A stretch of 63,380 bases of DNA, counting the filler, from Octopus bimaculoides (Eukaryota), in NCBI RefSeq assembly GCF_001194135.2. It is 4 parts of 4 records of this genome, joined end to end, with 100 filler letters (N's around TTAATTAATTAA, not from the genome) between each part and the next. Parts side by side here need not be neighbours in the genome. Positions count along the whole stretch, not along the records: positions 37,764 to 63,380 come from NC_068988.1; 3 more parts are not named here. The stretch is one strand, 5' to 3'. How positions within the stretch are numbered: position 1 is the first letter of the stretch; each line of letters begins with the position of its first letter. This document shows positions 51,646 through 63,380 of this stretch, piece by piece. The position numbers and the translations under genes are program-made. The notes below the pieces were generated by a model that saw only the letters and a program-made list of their open reading frames with translations, ran no database searches and was not told the DNA's origin.

Positions 51646-52439
51646 CCCACATTATTTAAATAAGACTAACATAAAACATGGTTCAGGAAAGTAGCATTTC
51701 TCTGTTCATACAACAGAAGCTGGAGAGCGGGGTAGGAGTGAGAAAATGGTGGTGGTGGTGGTGGCAACAGTGGTGGCAACGGTGGTGTGGTGGTGATGGC
51801 AGCGGCAACAGCTGTGATGGTGGTCTTTTGTTACAGAGAATCTGGATGTCAGAGGGAAATTTGGTTATCTGAGTTGAGCATCACTGCTTTAGTAGGAAAT
51901 GGTAGTTTACATGTCTGTAATAGACAAAAAAAAAAAGAAGAGTAAACATTGAAATTTGTTTCCCAATGTTATTGAATTGAGAACTGATGGGGAAATAAAA
52001 AAAAAACATCTATTCAATTGCTCTGTAAAGTTTTAATCCTATTTTGTAGATGTTCCTGTTGTTGTTGCTAAACTATAAAGACAAAACAATAAAAAAACGA
52101 GACATTGGCAGAGTTGATGTTTGTTTGTGAGATTTTCAGGCTAAATTGTATAAAAGACAGCATAAATATGGTATGGCAGTCAGTGCTTTAATGTCAAATA
52201 AAAAATCTGAACAAAGTGGAATGTTCTGAGCTACTCTCTATGGAGTCTTGACCTGCTAGAAATGATAACCAAATCTCCATCAAACCAGTCCATTGCTTTA
52301 AAACAATGAAAGAAAAAAATGAATGGTAAAGCGGATTTGTTTTGGTCACAGACATTATGTCATTCTTAATTAAAATAATTGATTGTTGGTCTATTCACTG
52401 GGTATTTATTTGGTGCTCTACCGATTTTGCTAGCTTACT

Positions 52440-52650
52440 ATTTCTACTCGAGGCACAAGGCCTTGAAAATTTGGTGGGAAGGGGACTAGTTGATTATATC
52501 GACCCCAGTGTGTAACTGGTACTTAGTTCATTGACTCTGAAGGGATGAAAGGCAAAGTCGACTTCAGTGGAATTTGAACTCAGAACATAGCGGCAGACGA
52601 AATACCACCAAGCATTTCACCTGGCATGCTAACGATTCTGCCAGCTCACC
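52440..52650 (-). mobile_element. SINE, partly CpG-decayed, inverted to 51439-51645
   Basis: Family body on the minus strand. Confidence 0.8.
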
Positions 52651-54524
52651 CACCGTTTTCTATCTAATAATAATGAAATGTAAAAACCTTGGATATGAAA
52701 AAAACTTTGAAATACATAAAGGATTATCAAGATTTCTATTTAAAGGGAAGTCGTCCACCAATTGATGTCACTGGCGCCCTCTTGTGTAAAAACATGTCAT
52801 TCTGAGAAGAAATTAATGTCACAAAAGTAGTTTTGCATAGACAAAGAGATTAAAAATCAAATTTGAAAAGGAAAAAATAAAGCAAACATCCTATTATAAA
52901 CGATTCAAGTCTTGTGATGTGGTTAGAATTTTAGAATAATTGGAATAAAAGGTAGATAGATTCTTGTTCTCCCCTCATTAAAAGTTCAACTCAATTAAGA
53001 AGTTAATTAGAACAACAGTAGATAACGAGGAAAACTTCAAAAGACATCTAAGTCTAATTAGTTAAGACTAAACTATATTTTTAACCAATATACTAAACTA
53101 GACCACTCAATTACGTGTTGTCTGCAAGTGACTTGGTGAAGTCACTAATTCCAGTGTTATGGAAAAGCACCCAGTGGAGCACTCTGTTAAGTGGTTGGTG
53201 CTAGGAAGGGCATCCAGCCATGGCAACCCTGCCAAAACAGGGAATGGAGCTTGATGCAGACTTTGGACTTGTTGGATTCAATCGAACTGTCCAAACTGTG
53301 CCAGCATGAAATCAGATGCTAAATAATGATGATGATGATGATGATGATAAATTCTGCCAACAGATGGGTCTGTCCTTAATATCATCATCATCATCATCAT
53401 CATCATCAACACTTAATGTCTGTTTTCCATGATGGCATGGGTTGGACGGTTTTAATATCATTAATCATAGAGTTTCTTCTCTTTTCTAAACAAACCAATT
53501 TAAACATTCCAAGAAACTACGAATTAGAAATAAAATCTGTTAGTATTTCTAGTTTCCGGGTTCATGAATTCTTTCAGTAACGTTACTAGTGAAGCTCATG
53601 GGTCAATATGATGGAGTGTACTTTCTCCCAGATTGTGTGGCCTTTTGCCAGATGTAGAAATCAATGTCGTATTCCCTTCAATACAATTGATCTTAGAAGG
53701 AGGAAGTGACATTTTCGTATTTTCCCTGACGTTTAATCAATCTAAATAAAAATATTGAAGTTTTACTTTTCTTCCTCCAAAAAATAGAGAGTGACCACGT
53801 TTTCCGAAGTTGCATTTCTCATTTAATTTTATTATTAAATTCATAAGATTTCGAACCTCAAAATGTAGAAATTGTAGCCAAATCTCCCTTCAATCATACT
53901 GTTGAAAACAGAAGGACTCATTAAATGATATAGTCTTAGATATACAATATGTGGGCAAGGAGAAGATGAAAGGCCTTTGGTTACTGGTTTTTCTTTTATC
54001 ATGATACTCTGGAGTATATTTAGGTACAATTTCACCTCTCTGTTAAACTTAAAAATATAAACAATAATCGTAAAAAAATAAAAAATAAATGAACGTTACA
54101 AAAAAGAAAAATAAACGACAATAAATAATACATAAATTAGACGAAAAAAATTGATTGAAAAAATTTTAATACAAGGGAAATAATCAGGTTAACTTTTAAG
54201 CGGGTTAATTAAGTTATTCCCCTTAACTTGTGTTTGTTTTTTTTTCTCTCTTTCGTGAAAAACAAATAGAAAACTCTGAGAAATTATTTTTTATTGTTTT
54301 CGTTCAGAGATTTTGGCGACTTTCTGGAGAAGACACATCAAGAATTGGGGAATAATTAATTCGCACCAAAATAGCAAATAGATTTGAGTGCCTATGTTTG
54401 ATGTTGTTCTCTTNNNNNNNNNNNNNNNNNNNNNNNNNNNNNNNNNNNNNNNNNNNNNNNNNNNNNNNNNNNNNNNNNNNNNNNNNNNNNNNNNNNNNNN
54501 NNNNNNNNNNTATATATATATGTA

Positions 54525-54735
54525 AAGGCGGCGAGCTGACAGAGTGGTTAGCACGCTGGGCGAAATGCTTAGCAGTATTTTCTCTGTCTTTACATTCTGA
54601 GTTCAAATTCCGCCGAGGTCGACTTTGCCTTTCATCCTTTCGGGGTCGATTAAATAAGCACTCGGGTCGATGTACTCGGCTTTATCCGTTTGTCTGTACT
54701 TGTTTGTCCCCTCTATGTTTAGCCCCTTGTAGGCA
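54525..54735 (+). mobile_element. SINE with CpGs retained
   Basis: Head aaggcggcgagctgacagag. Confidence 0.85.
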
Positions 54736-56259
54736 AAAAACAAAGAAATATATATATATATATAAATGTAAGGCGATAGAACAAATAGGTAGATCGATAG
54801 AGGGCCTATTTTATATTCTTATTGAAGTGATGCAACGTTTTGTCATCAGTGAAGATCGCTATTGAACTGTATCGACATTTCTGGAGGAATTCACAACATT
54901 GTGATCGATAAGAGCCCGCAGTTTCTATCCTAAAGTATCTGAGTTCAAATGTGACCGAGGGACATCAAATTTACAACCAGAGTAAATAAGAGAAATACCA
55001 GTAATATATTCGAGTCAACGTGGGAACCTGTACGTGGTCGTTTGACTGTTGGATGTAGCAGTTAATTCTTCCATTTGCCTTGGATTATGAAAGGTAATTT
55101 AAACAAAACATACAAAAAGACAAGACGAGCGCCAATTTACGATTGGCCCTCGTCTTGTCTTCTCTCTCTCTCTGTCCCTCCTCAGGTCGACTAAAGCCTT
55201 GTGAATAGAATTGGTGTCCGGAAACTGAAAGAGGCCGATCGCACACACACACACTTAGATATATAATGGTTGAAGTAATCACGGAAGCAAATTATGTTTC
55301 ATATGTTTCATTTATGATCAGCATTCATTCTTTTGTCACACACATACATACATACATACATACATGCATGTATACATACACACATGCGTACATGCACACA
55401 TGCGTACATGCACACACACAGACACCCACACACACACACACACACACACACATTCGTACAATGTATGTGTATGTTTATGTGTCTGATTAAATGTCTGTCT
55501 TTTACGTTGTCCAATTGGCAAACGATACTCTGTGTTCAATTTCCTATAGCTTAGCGTCTCGTTACAGCTATCGATAAAATAAGGACAAAAGTGAAAAAGA
55601 CATCGAATAGTAAATACTGAAGCCGATATGATTAACTAAAGCCTCTTGAAACGGTGCTCCATCTTGGCCACAATGCAATGAATGAAACGACGGAAATATT
55701 ATATTGAATCATGTATTTTTCGGTTGTTTTTCTGATCGTCTGCTATCAAATGTCCAGCACTGGACTGGAACTAGGAACAGACAAGTATCGAGTTTATGAT
55801 CCATTACAAGAAAAACCGGATGAACATTAAAGAGAATATATGAAAGCTTTAATCGGTTACTTTTCTTTTCTTTTTGTGTTTTTTCCCCCCAGTTTATCAT
55901 GCACAATATAACTTTATCTGATAATCTAAATAAACAGCCCTTATTTTTAGATCAGCATTTAATGTTACCGAGTAACGGAAACACTGGACAGCTTAATAGT
56001 ATGATCTTCAAAACCGCGTTACCTGCCAACAGTCTTTCGTTTGGCTGACGTAAACAGGCATCAACAAGTAGATCCGTGACTTAACTTACATTTGCAGTGG
56101 ATGGTTGAAAGGTAACTGAGATACAATAAAAAAAAAACGTAATTAGTTTCTGTGCTTGAAAGGAGTCAACAAAATATAATCCTGTTCTTTATTAATTTAC
56201 AAATTATAGAAATAGCGCAACATCACGTCGCAGGTCAGAAAGCAGAACTCTTCTGATGT

Positions 56260-56875
56260 GACATTCAAACTGAAGGCAATTGAGTCTACCGAACGAAACN
56301 NNNNNNNNNAACTGAAGGCAATTGAGTCTACCGAACGAAACTCAAGTAGCTGAGTCTAACAAACTGTGTGAACGAACGGGAGTTTAGCGCTGCAGAAACA
56401 ATAGAGAGAGACTAAGGATTAAATGAAAACGAATTCACAAATATTTCGCCGTCCTCTGCAAGTTGAGAATTGCTGAATTGGTTTCATACGACGGCATAAA
56501 ATTAAAACTAAAAAAATGGTTTTTAGGATTTTGTTTCTTTGACTATTTTATGACACATGTAACTATTTGTCTTGGAGCTTTGCAGATCACTAAAGAAGTG
56601 TGACATAGCGATATCAAACCACCAAAATGGTTAGTAGAAATTGCTTTATGAATTGTCTTGATTAGCAAAGCAAAACTGTCTTCACTGATGTGGAGAAGAA
56701 AATAATCAGGTTTAAGAAGTTTTGTCAAAGATTCCAGGCAAGAAGAGGATTTTGAATTGGGCACCACAGAAAATATGGTGAAAGCCACATCTTCCTTGGA
56801 ATATATTATTTTGATATTCAGGGGAACAAAACCATGGAATTAAAAGTACAGAAAATTGTCTCAGGAAATTTCTGG
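56260..56875 (+). pseudogene. Fossil pogo/Tigger-like transposase fragments
   Basis: FKLKAIE (N-terminal HTH start), DVEKKIIRFKKF / EEDFELG..NM, and YFDIQGNKTMELK resemble the pogo-family region around the first catalytic D. Heavily decayed. Confidence 0.5.
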
Positions 56876-57964
56876 TAGCGCGAAACAACTCTTCACAAAG
56901 ATTCTTTCGTGTTTCATTGAAAGAACTAGGTCTTCTGTAGTTCTTAAAAAAAAGACAAGTTGATTATTTAATTAGGTGAATCATTGGTCAATGTGATCGA
57001 TTATGAGAGCAATTAGATTAATCTAATCACCAATTGGTTCAAGACTATTTGTTAAAAATCAATTTTCACTCCAATAAAGATTAATATTTAACAATAACGT
57101 GTCAACTCATTTTAAATACCTTCTGCTAGATTCAACCTGGAGTGCCAGGTGGCTGATGATTTCCTGTGTGAACCTTATCAAGATTGATTGATTGAAGAAT
57201 TTTATTTCATTGAAGAAATAATATAAAATATACTGGAATCTGAACCCCTATGCTCTTTAATTCACTGACTTGAATATATCGCAGTTTCAGGGCAGCGAAT
57301 TGGCACCAGAAGGTGTTTCGGAGAGAGTGCCCTGCGGTCGTTGTCTCTGTCCTCTCAGTTCTCAGTTCAAATCCCTCCATGACTAACTTTACAAAACCAT
57401 GGAACTAAAAGTACAGAAAATTGTCTTAGGAAATTTCTGCCATCGACTGTTATTGTTTAACCCCAGGTCAGCTCTGATCAAGTGAACCTCTAATCGAAAG
57501 GCGTTCCAGTCGTGACCGTTTTGTATTTATATTTTTCAGATACAGTGTAACGAAGATAACGCAAATCAATGTGCCGCAACATGAAGTACTCAATACTTTC
57601 ATTTCAACTCCGCATGAAAAGAGTAGCTTCCACAGTCATATAAATTAATGTTCAGTTTTATATTTCACCGAAATTAAGATTATTTAGATATGCAATTAAA
57701 CGCTCAATTTTACAGAGATTTGATGCTAAACGGTAAAGATTTTTTTCCCGTGGGACACCATGCAGTTGTGCGGTATGCTATAAAGCGGAATCGTCTGTAG
57801 TTTATACCTTCAAGTCTTATCGCCTGATACTGAGAGACAGTAACACTGACGGAGGTAAAGTACCCGAGGGAATATTCTACTGTGCTAGTTCAATACCTGA
57901 GTGTCCTACATTCAAAGCTCGGTGGAGTGGCTTTAGATATTTGTGGAATCGATAAATAAGAACT

Positions 57965-58319
57965 AATATTCAACTGGAACCTCCATCAAGGTCGACTTTG
58001 CCTTTCATCCTTTCGGAGTCGATAAATCTTAGGGGCGATTCATACGCCTAAAATCTCTTCAAGGTTGTGCTCCAACATGGCCGCAGTCAAATGCCTGAAG
58101 CAAATAAACGAAAAAAAGAATAGGCACACATCGTTACACGTACATAGAAAAATTCTTCCCATTTATTTCAAGTCTTCAGGTCGATTAAATTCTTTAATAA
58201 GTCACGTTTTGTTCTGATTTTTTGTCCTGTTGCGTACTGGGGTCGATCTAATCGACTGACCCCTCCCCCAGAATTTCGGGCCTTGTGCCTAGAGTGGAAA
58301 AGAATATTCAACTGGAACC
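57965..58319 (+). mobile_element. 5'-truncated SINE with 17-bp TSD and an internal foreign insert
   Basis: aatattcaactggaacc occurs at 57965-57981 and 58303-58319. The SINE body is interrupted at about 58022-58228. Confidence 0.8.
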
Positions 58320-58617
58320 GATTCAATCAACCGTTACCCGCTCGCCACCATCAGTACGAAGAAACCTGCACGGTTCGTCGATAAAAAAAAAATTATATTG
58401 AGTTGTCAGATAAGTTCGTTCATTTTCTTTTTTTTTTCCTTGGCACCCCATCGTTATTTGTCCGGAAAAAAGTAGAATTTATTGTAGAGGAAGAACAGAG
58501 TTACTAAAAATAAAAAAAAGCCGAAAAAAAATACGTGTATCACTACAATAAAATTATTCTCTGTGTTAATTCAAATATTGGAAAAGATTAAAATACAATG
58601 AGTGGGGAGAGGTGAGT

Positions 58618-58653
<36 letters not shown>

Positions 58654-59039
58654 AAGAGAGAGAGGGGAGTGAGAGAGAGAGAGAAAGAGAGAGAGGGGGT
58701 GGAAACGAATGAATTTATCTGACAACTCAATGTCGTTTTTGATTTGATAATTTTGAACCATTTTCAAAGTCTACCTTTGTAGTTAGAACTCAGGAAACGG
58801 CCATAGAAAATTGGCAGCGATGCTCTGTGTCTGCTGACATGTAGAAATAAAGAATAAGAATAAATTATCCTGGTTTGTAACATCAATAAAAACATAATAA
58901 ACGGTTTTCAAATCGAATATTGTTCTGGAAAAATGAGGACCAAAAATTAGAAGGTAACGTGACTTGTTAAAGGAGTTAATCGACCGGAACACTTGAAAGA
59001 AATGGGGAAAAATTTTCTATGTAAGTGTAACGCTGTGTG

Positions 59040-59284
59040 CTTATTCTTTTATTCTTTCATTCGCTCCAGGCATTTGACTGCGGCCATGCTGGAACACCGC
59101 CTTGAAGGGGTTTTAGGCGTATGAATCGACCCTAGGATTTATATCTGTTAAAAATCATTTTTTTGCCGAACTGCTAAGTTACGGGGACGTAAACACACCG
59201 GTTGTCTAGCGATGATGGGGGGGGGGACAAATACACACACAAAGATACATATAGATACATACATACACACGCACACACACACAC
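59040..59284 (-). mobile_element. SINE 3' half running into a gap
   Basis: catttgactgcggccatgctggaacaccgcc...gctaagttacggggacgtaaacacacc. Confidence 0.8.
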
Positions 59285-60167
59285 NNNNNNNNNNNNNNNN
59301 NNNNNNNNNNNNNNNNNNNNNNNNNNNNNNNNNNNNNNNNNNNNNNNNNNNNNNNNNNNNNNNNNNNNNNNNNNNNNNNNNNNNNNNNNNNNNNNNNNNN
59401 NNNNNNNNNNNNNNNNNNNNNNNNNNNNNNNNNNNNNNNNNNNNNNNNNNNNNNNNNNNNNNNNNNNNNNNNNNNNNNNNNNNNNNNNNNNNNNNNNNNN
59501 NNNNNNNNNNNNNNNNNNNNNNNNNNNNNNNNNNNNNNNNNNNNNNNNNNNNNNNNNNNNNNNNNNNNNNNNNNNNNNNNNNNNNNNNNNNNNNNNNNNN
59601 NNNNNNNNNNNNNNNNNNNNNNNNNNNNNNNNNNNNNNNNNNNNNNNNNNNNNNNNNNNNNNNNNNNNNNNNNNNNNNNNNNNNNNNNNNNNNNNNNNNN
59701 NNNNNNNNNNNNNNNNNNNNNNNNNNNNNNNNNNNNNNNNNNNNNNNNNNNNNNNNNNNNNNNNNNNNNNNNNNNNNNNNNNNNNNNNNNNNNNNNNNNN
59801 NNNNNNNNNNNNNNNNNNNNNNNNNNNNNNNNNNNNNNNNNNNNNNNNNNNNNNNNNNNNNNNNNNNNNNNNNNNNNNNNNNNNNNNNNNNNNNNNNNNN
59901 NNNNNNNNNNNNNNNNNNNNNNNNNNNNNNNNNNNNNNNNNNNNNNNNNNNNNNNNNNNNNNNNNNNNNNNNNNNNNNNNNNNNNNNNNNNNNNNNNNNN
60001 NNNNNNNNNNNNNNNNNNNNNNNNNNNNNNNNNNNNNNNNNNNNNNNNNNNNNNNNNNNNNNNNNNNNNNNNNNNNNNNNNNNNNNNNNNNNNNNNNNNN
60101 NNNNNNNNNNNNNNNNNNNNNNNNNNNNNNNNNNNNNNNNNNNNNTCAGAGATTTTTTATGGATACA

Positions 60168-60330
60168 GTAATCCCCCGCCATATCGTTGTTTTGCATTTG
60201 TAATAAAATAAATATATGCAATTTATAAAAATAATAAAAAAATATACAGTATTGTTTCCACTTCGCGGATTTTCACCTACCGCGGGGTGATGGTGGTGGT
60301 GGTGGTTTAGAAAGTAACACCCGCGATAGT
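60168..60330. mobile_element. Tigger/Tc1-mariner-type MITE remnant
   Basis: TA followed by CAGTAATCCCCCGCCATATCG, and a subterminal ttcgcggattttcacctaccgcgggg. The second TIR is incomplete. Confidence 0.5.
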
Positions 60331-60932
60331 CTAGCCCGGTTAAGGACGACAAAGCTGACTCTCAATGACCATAAGTACCCAATTCAAATTTCTTTAGTGT
60401 GAAACAAGTGAACGTTAAATAACAGGTTCCTGGGATATGACTGAGACAGATGATCGTTTTTCATTTGTGCAAAAGCAACGAAACCTAATGTCGTCATTTA
60501 ATGAGTTACTCATCAATGTTATAATTTCATTTCAACGCTTTACGCTCTGAATTCAATTCCAGTGGAGGTCAAATTCGCTTTTTATCCATACGGGATCAAT
60601 AAAATAAAGTACGAGTGAAGTACTGAAGTCGATTTAATCGACTAACTGCTCATCCAACCCCCAAAATTGCAAGTCCTGTACCTAAATCTGAAAGAATATT
60701 ATTCTTCTGCAGTTTGTCGTAGTTAATCATGGCTGCTGAGTGGAATCTGCTTAAAGCTCGTCCGACATAAAGCTTTAAATGCTATATACTTGGATTATGG
60801 GGGGAAATCATGGCACCGGCGGGAACAAAGAAATCTCTGTCCACGTGACTGCTAAAGGGGTTGCATGATTGGTTCGTTCATTTGTTAATTTATTGATGGA
60901 AGAAGTGGAGAATAAGCGAAACCAAAAAGCCG

Positions 60933-60977
<45 letters not shown>

Positions 60978-61641
60978 NNNNNNNNNNNNNNNNNNNNNNN
61001 NNNNNNNNNNNNNNNNNNNNNNNNNNNNNNNNNNNNNNNNNNNNNNNNNNNNNNNNNNNNNNNNNNNNNNNNNNNNNNNNNNNNNNNNNNNNNNNNNNNN
61101 NNNNNNNNNNNNNNNNNNNNNNNNNNNNNNNNNNNNNNNNNNNNNNNNNNNNNNNNNNNNNNNNNNNNNNNNNNNNNNNNNNNNNNNNNNNNNNNNNNNN
61201 NNNNNNNNNNNNNNNNNNNNNNNNNNNNNNNNNNNNNNNNNNNNNNNNNNNNNNNNNNNNNNNNNNNNNNNNNNNNNNNNNNNNNNNNNNNNNNNNNNNN
61301 NNNNNNNNNNNNNNNNNNNNNNNNNNNNNNNNNNNNNNNNNNNNNNNNNNNNNNNNNNNNNNNNNNNNNNNNNNNNNNNNNNNNNNNNNNNNNNNNNNNN
61401 NNNNNNNNNNNNNNNNNNNNNNNNNNNNNNNNNNNNNNNNNNNNNNNNNNNNNNNNNNNNNNNNNNNNNNNNNNNNNNNNNNNNNNNNNNNNNNNNNNNN
61501 NNNNNNNNNNNNNNNNNNNNNNNNNNNNNNNNNNNNNNNNNNNNNNNNNNNNNNNNNNNNNNNNNNNNNNNNNNNNNNNNNNNNNNNNNNNNNNNNNNNN
61601 NNNNNNNNNNNNNNNNNNNNNNNAGGCATTTAGAGTAAGAC

Positions 61642-61673
<32 letters not shown>

Positions 61674-61975
61674 TGTATGTATGTATGCATATTTGTATGT
61701 TTATATGTATCTATGTACGTATATATGTATATAAGTCTGTACGCACTCACGTATGTATGTATATCATTCAGTTTCATTTCAAGATTTCTTGCCAATAGAG
61801 AAAGAACCGGTTTCTAACCTAGATCCAAGGCTCCTTCATTGGAATTACAACACCAACAACAAGGAATGTATGTATGTATGTATGTATGTTCAGATTTGTA
61901 TGCTTTATGTATGTATTCTCAAGCATATAGTTGCATATCTAGACGTATGTGTGTGTGTGTGTGTGTGTGCGTGAG

Positions 61976-62011
<36 letters not shown>

Positions 62012-63380
62012 TGTGTGTTGTGTGCGCATACATACACAAGTGAGTCCATGTCTGCGAGAGTCTGTTCATAATGAATATACGAGTTTTGGTACGTGCTTGC
62101 ATCCTTGTGGTTACACATAAATAGATTTATACGAAGATGAGAAGAGGGATTGATTAATCTGTTATACATTGCACACATGCTTCTCTACACACGCATGTAT
62201 ATATAAATTACACACACTCACACACATACACACAATGCTCTCTCTCTACCCTCTTTCTCTTTGGTAAAGAAGACCAAAAATCGATGCTGATTGTTTGCCA
62301 TGATTTTCCGGTAGTTTATCTCCATCAACTTTAGGTCAACGCTGATACATACATACACACATACCTACACACATACATACATACATACACACATACCTAC
62401 ANNNNNNNNNNGCTGATTGTTTGCCATGATTTTCCGGTAGTTTATCTCCATCAACTTTAGGCCAAGGCTGATACACACATACACACATACCTACACACAT
62501 ACACACATACATACATACATACATACATACCTACACACATACACACATACATACATACATACATACATGCATACCTACACACATACATACATACATGCAT
62601 ACATGCATACATGCATACATACATACATGCATACGTACATACAGACACAATAATAATTAAATGTTTGTATGCATGCGTGCATGTATATATGTGCGTGTAT
62701 ATGCGTACATGTGTATCTATGTATGTGCGTATATTTGTGCATGAGGAATCTGGCAACCCTCACTTCCAAAAATGACTCACAATCAACTCGAAAAAGATCA
62801 AAGCAGAAGCACCAATAACAGACCATGGAGCTCATCGGATGTTTCCTTCTCGTTCTTATTGTTTTCATATTTACTGATACATGTATATAGGCGCTGGGCG
62901 TGGCTGTATGGTAAGTAGCTTGCTTCCCAACCACATGGTTCCGGGTNNNNNNNNNNAACCCGGAACCATGTGGTTGGGAAACAAGCTCCTTACCACACAG
63001 CCACGCCTGCATCTACATGTATATGCGTGTGTGTATGTGTGTTTGTGTATGAGTGTATGTTTACACTTATTTTTCCCCTTAAGTGTTTGGAGAATAAATG
63101 AGTAGAGAATGGTGCAGTAGAGGAACAAGTTGACCAATTTGAAGATTTAGAGTGGAACTGGTATAGCGCAAGAATATACTTTGGATGAAATGGACTTTGG
63201 ATGAAAACGGATTGCCATGAAAAAAGAGAAAATGACGAAGAAGCCAATTTCCGACGGCTTAGAACTAATCTGGTTTCTCAAGAAGGCGCAAAAAAAAAAA
63301 AAGAAAGAAAGAAAAATGAGGTGGAGATCAAGAAAAATAATTTGTGAAATATTTTCAGAGATTTTTTATGGATACAGTAA

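Noticed and set aside
57540-57590. Plus-strand acceptor with a short open frame
   Set aside because: It appears to lie in a SINE-like remnant and stops after 14 codons.
11763-61817. Long ORFs containing X runs or HT/YI/CV/LS repeats
   Set aside because: They are translations of gaps and microsatellites.
62284-62530. Direct duplications flanking 10-N gaps (also 56265-56340)
   Set aside because: Typical unmerged contig or haplotype overlaps.
62885-63010. Inverted SINE heads around a 10-N gap
   Set aside because: They may be real, but the junction is unsequenced and cannot be interpreted.
1-63380. CRISPR array, rRNA or prokaryotic operon
   Set aside because: None seen; the sequence is eukaryotic repeat-rich DNA.

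Overview
Repeat-dense, gap-ridden eukaryotic scaffold with octopus-like character. I infer this from dense TA/CA/TACA/GA microsatellites and several tRNA-derived SINE families of the kind I recall from coleoid cephalopods; the taxon is not verified. No intact, nameable protein-coding gene is evident, and most ORFs in the track are microsatellite, gap or antisense-TE artefacts. Supported elements are degenerate Ty3/Gypsy pol and a separate PBS+gag, several Penelope-like element (PLE) fragments, Tx1-like, R4/Dong-like and CR1-group LINE fragments, a non-autonomous Helitron with canonical ends, a piggyBac-type MITE, a pogo-like fossil, two foldback elements and many SINEs. The most interesting signals are four. 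(1) Minimal hammerhead ribozyme motifs in PLE ends, one canonical and one with a shared CUGUGGA core variant, with family-specific palindromic stem III. (2) A ~14.5 kb CpG-decayed domain (about 39.0-53.5 kb) containing phase-compatible minus-strand exon candidates for an unknown hydrophobic protein. (3) A perfect hairpin that sequesters one of those splice donors. (4) SINE bodies interrupted by copies of neighbouring genomic DNA. TE boundaries are approximate unless terminal motifs are cited.
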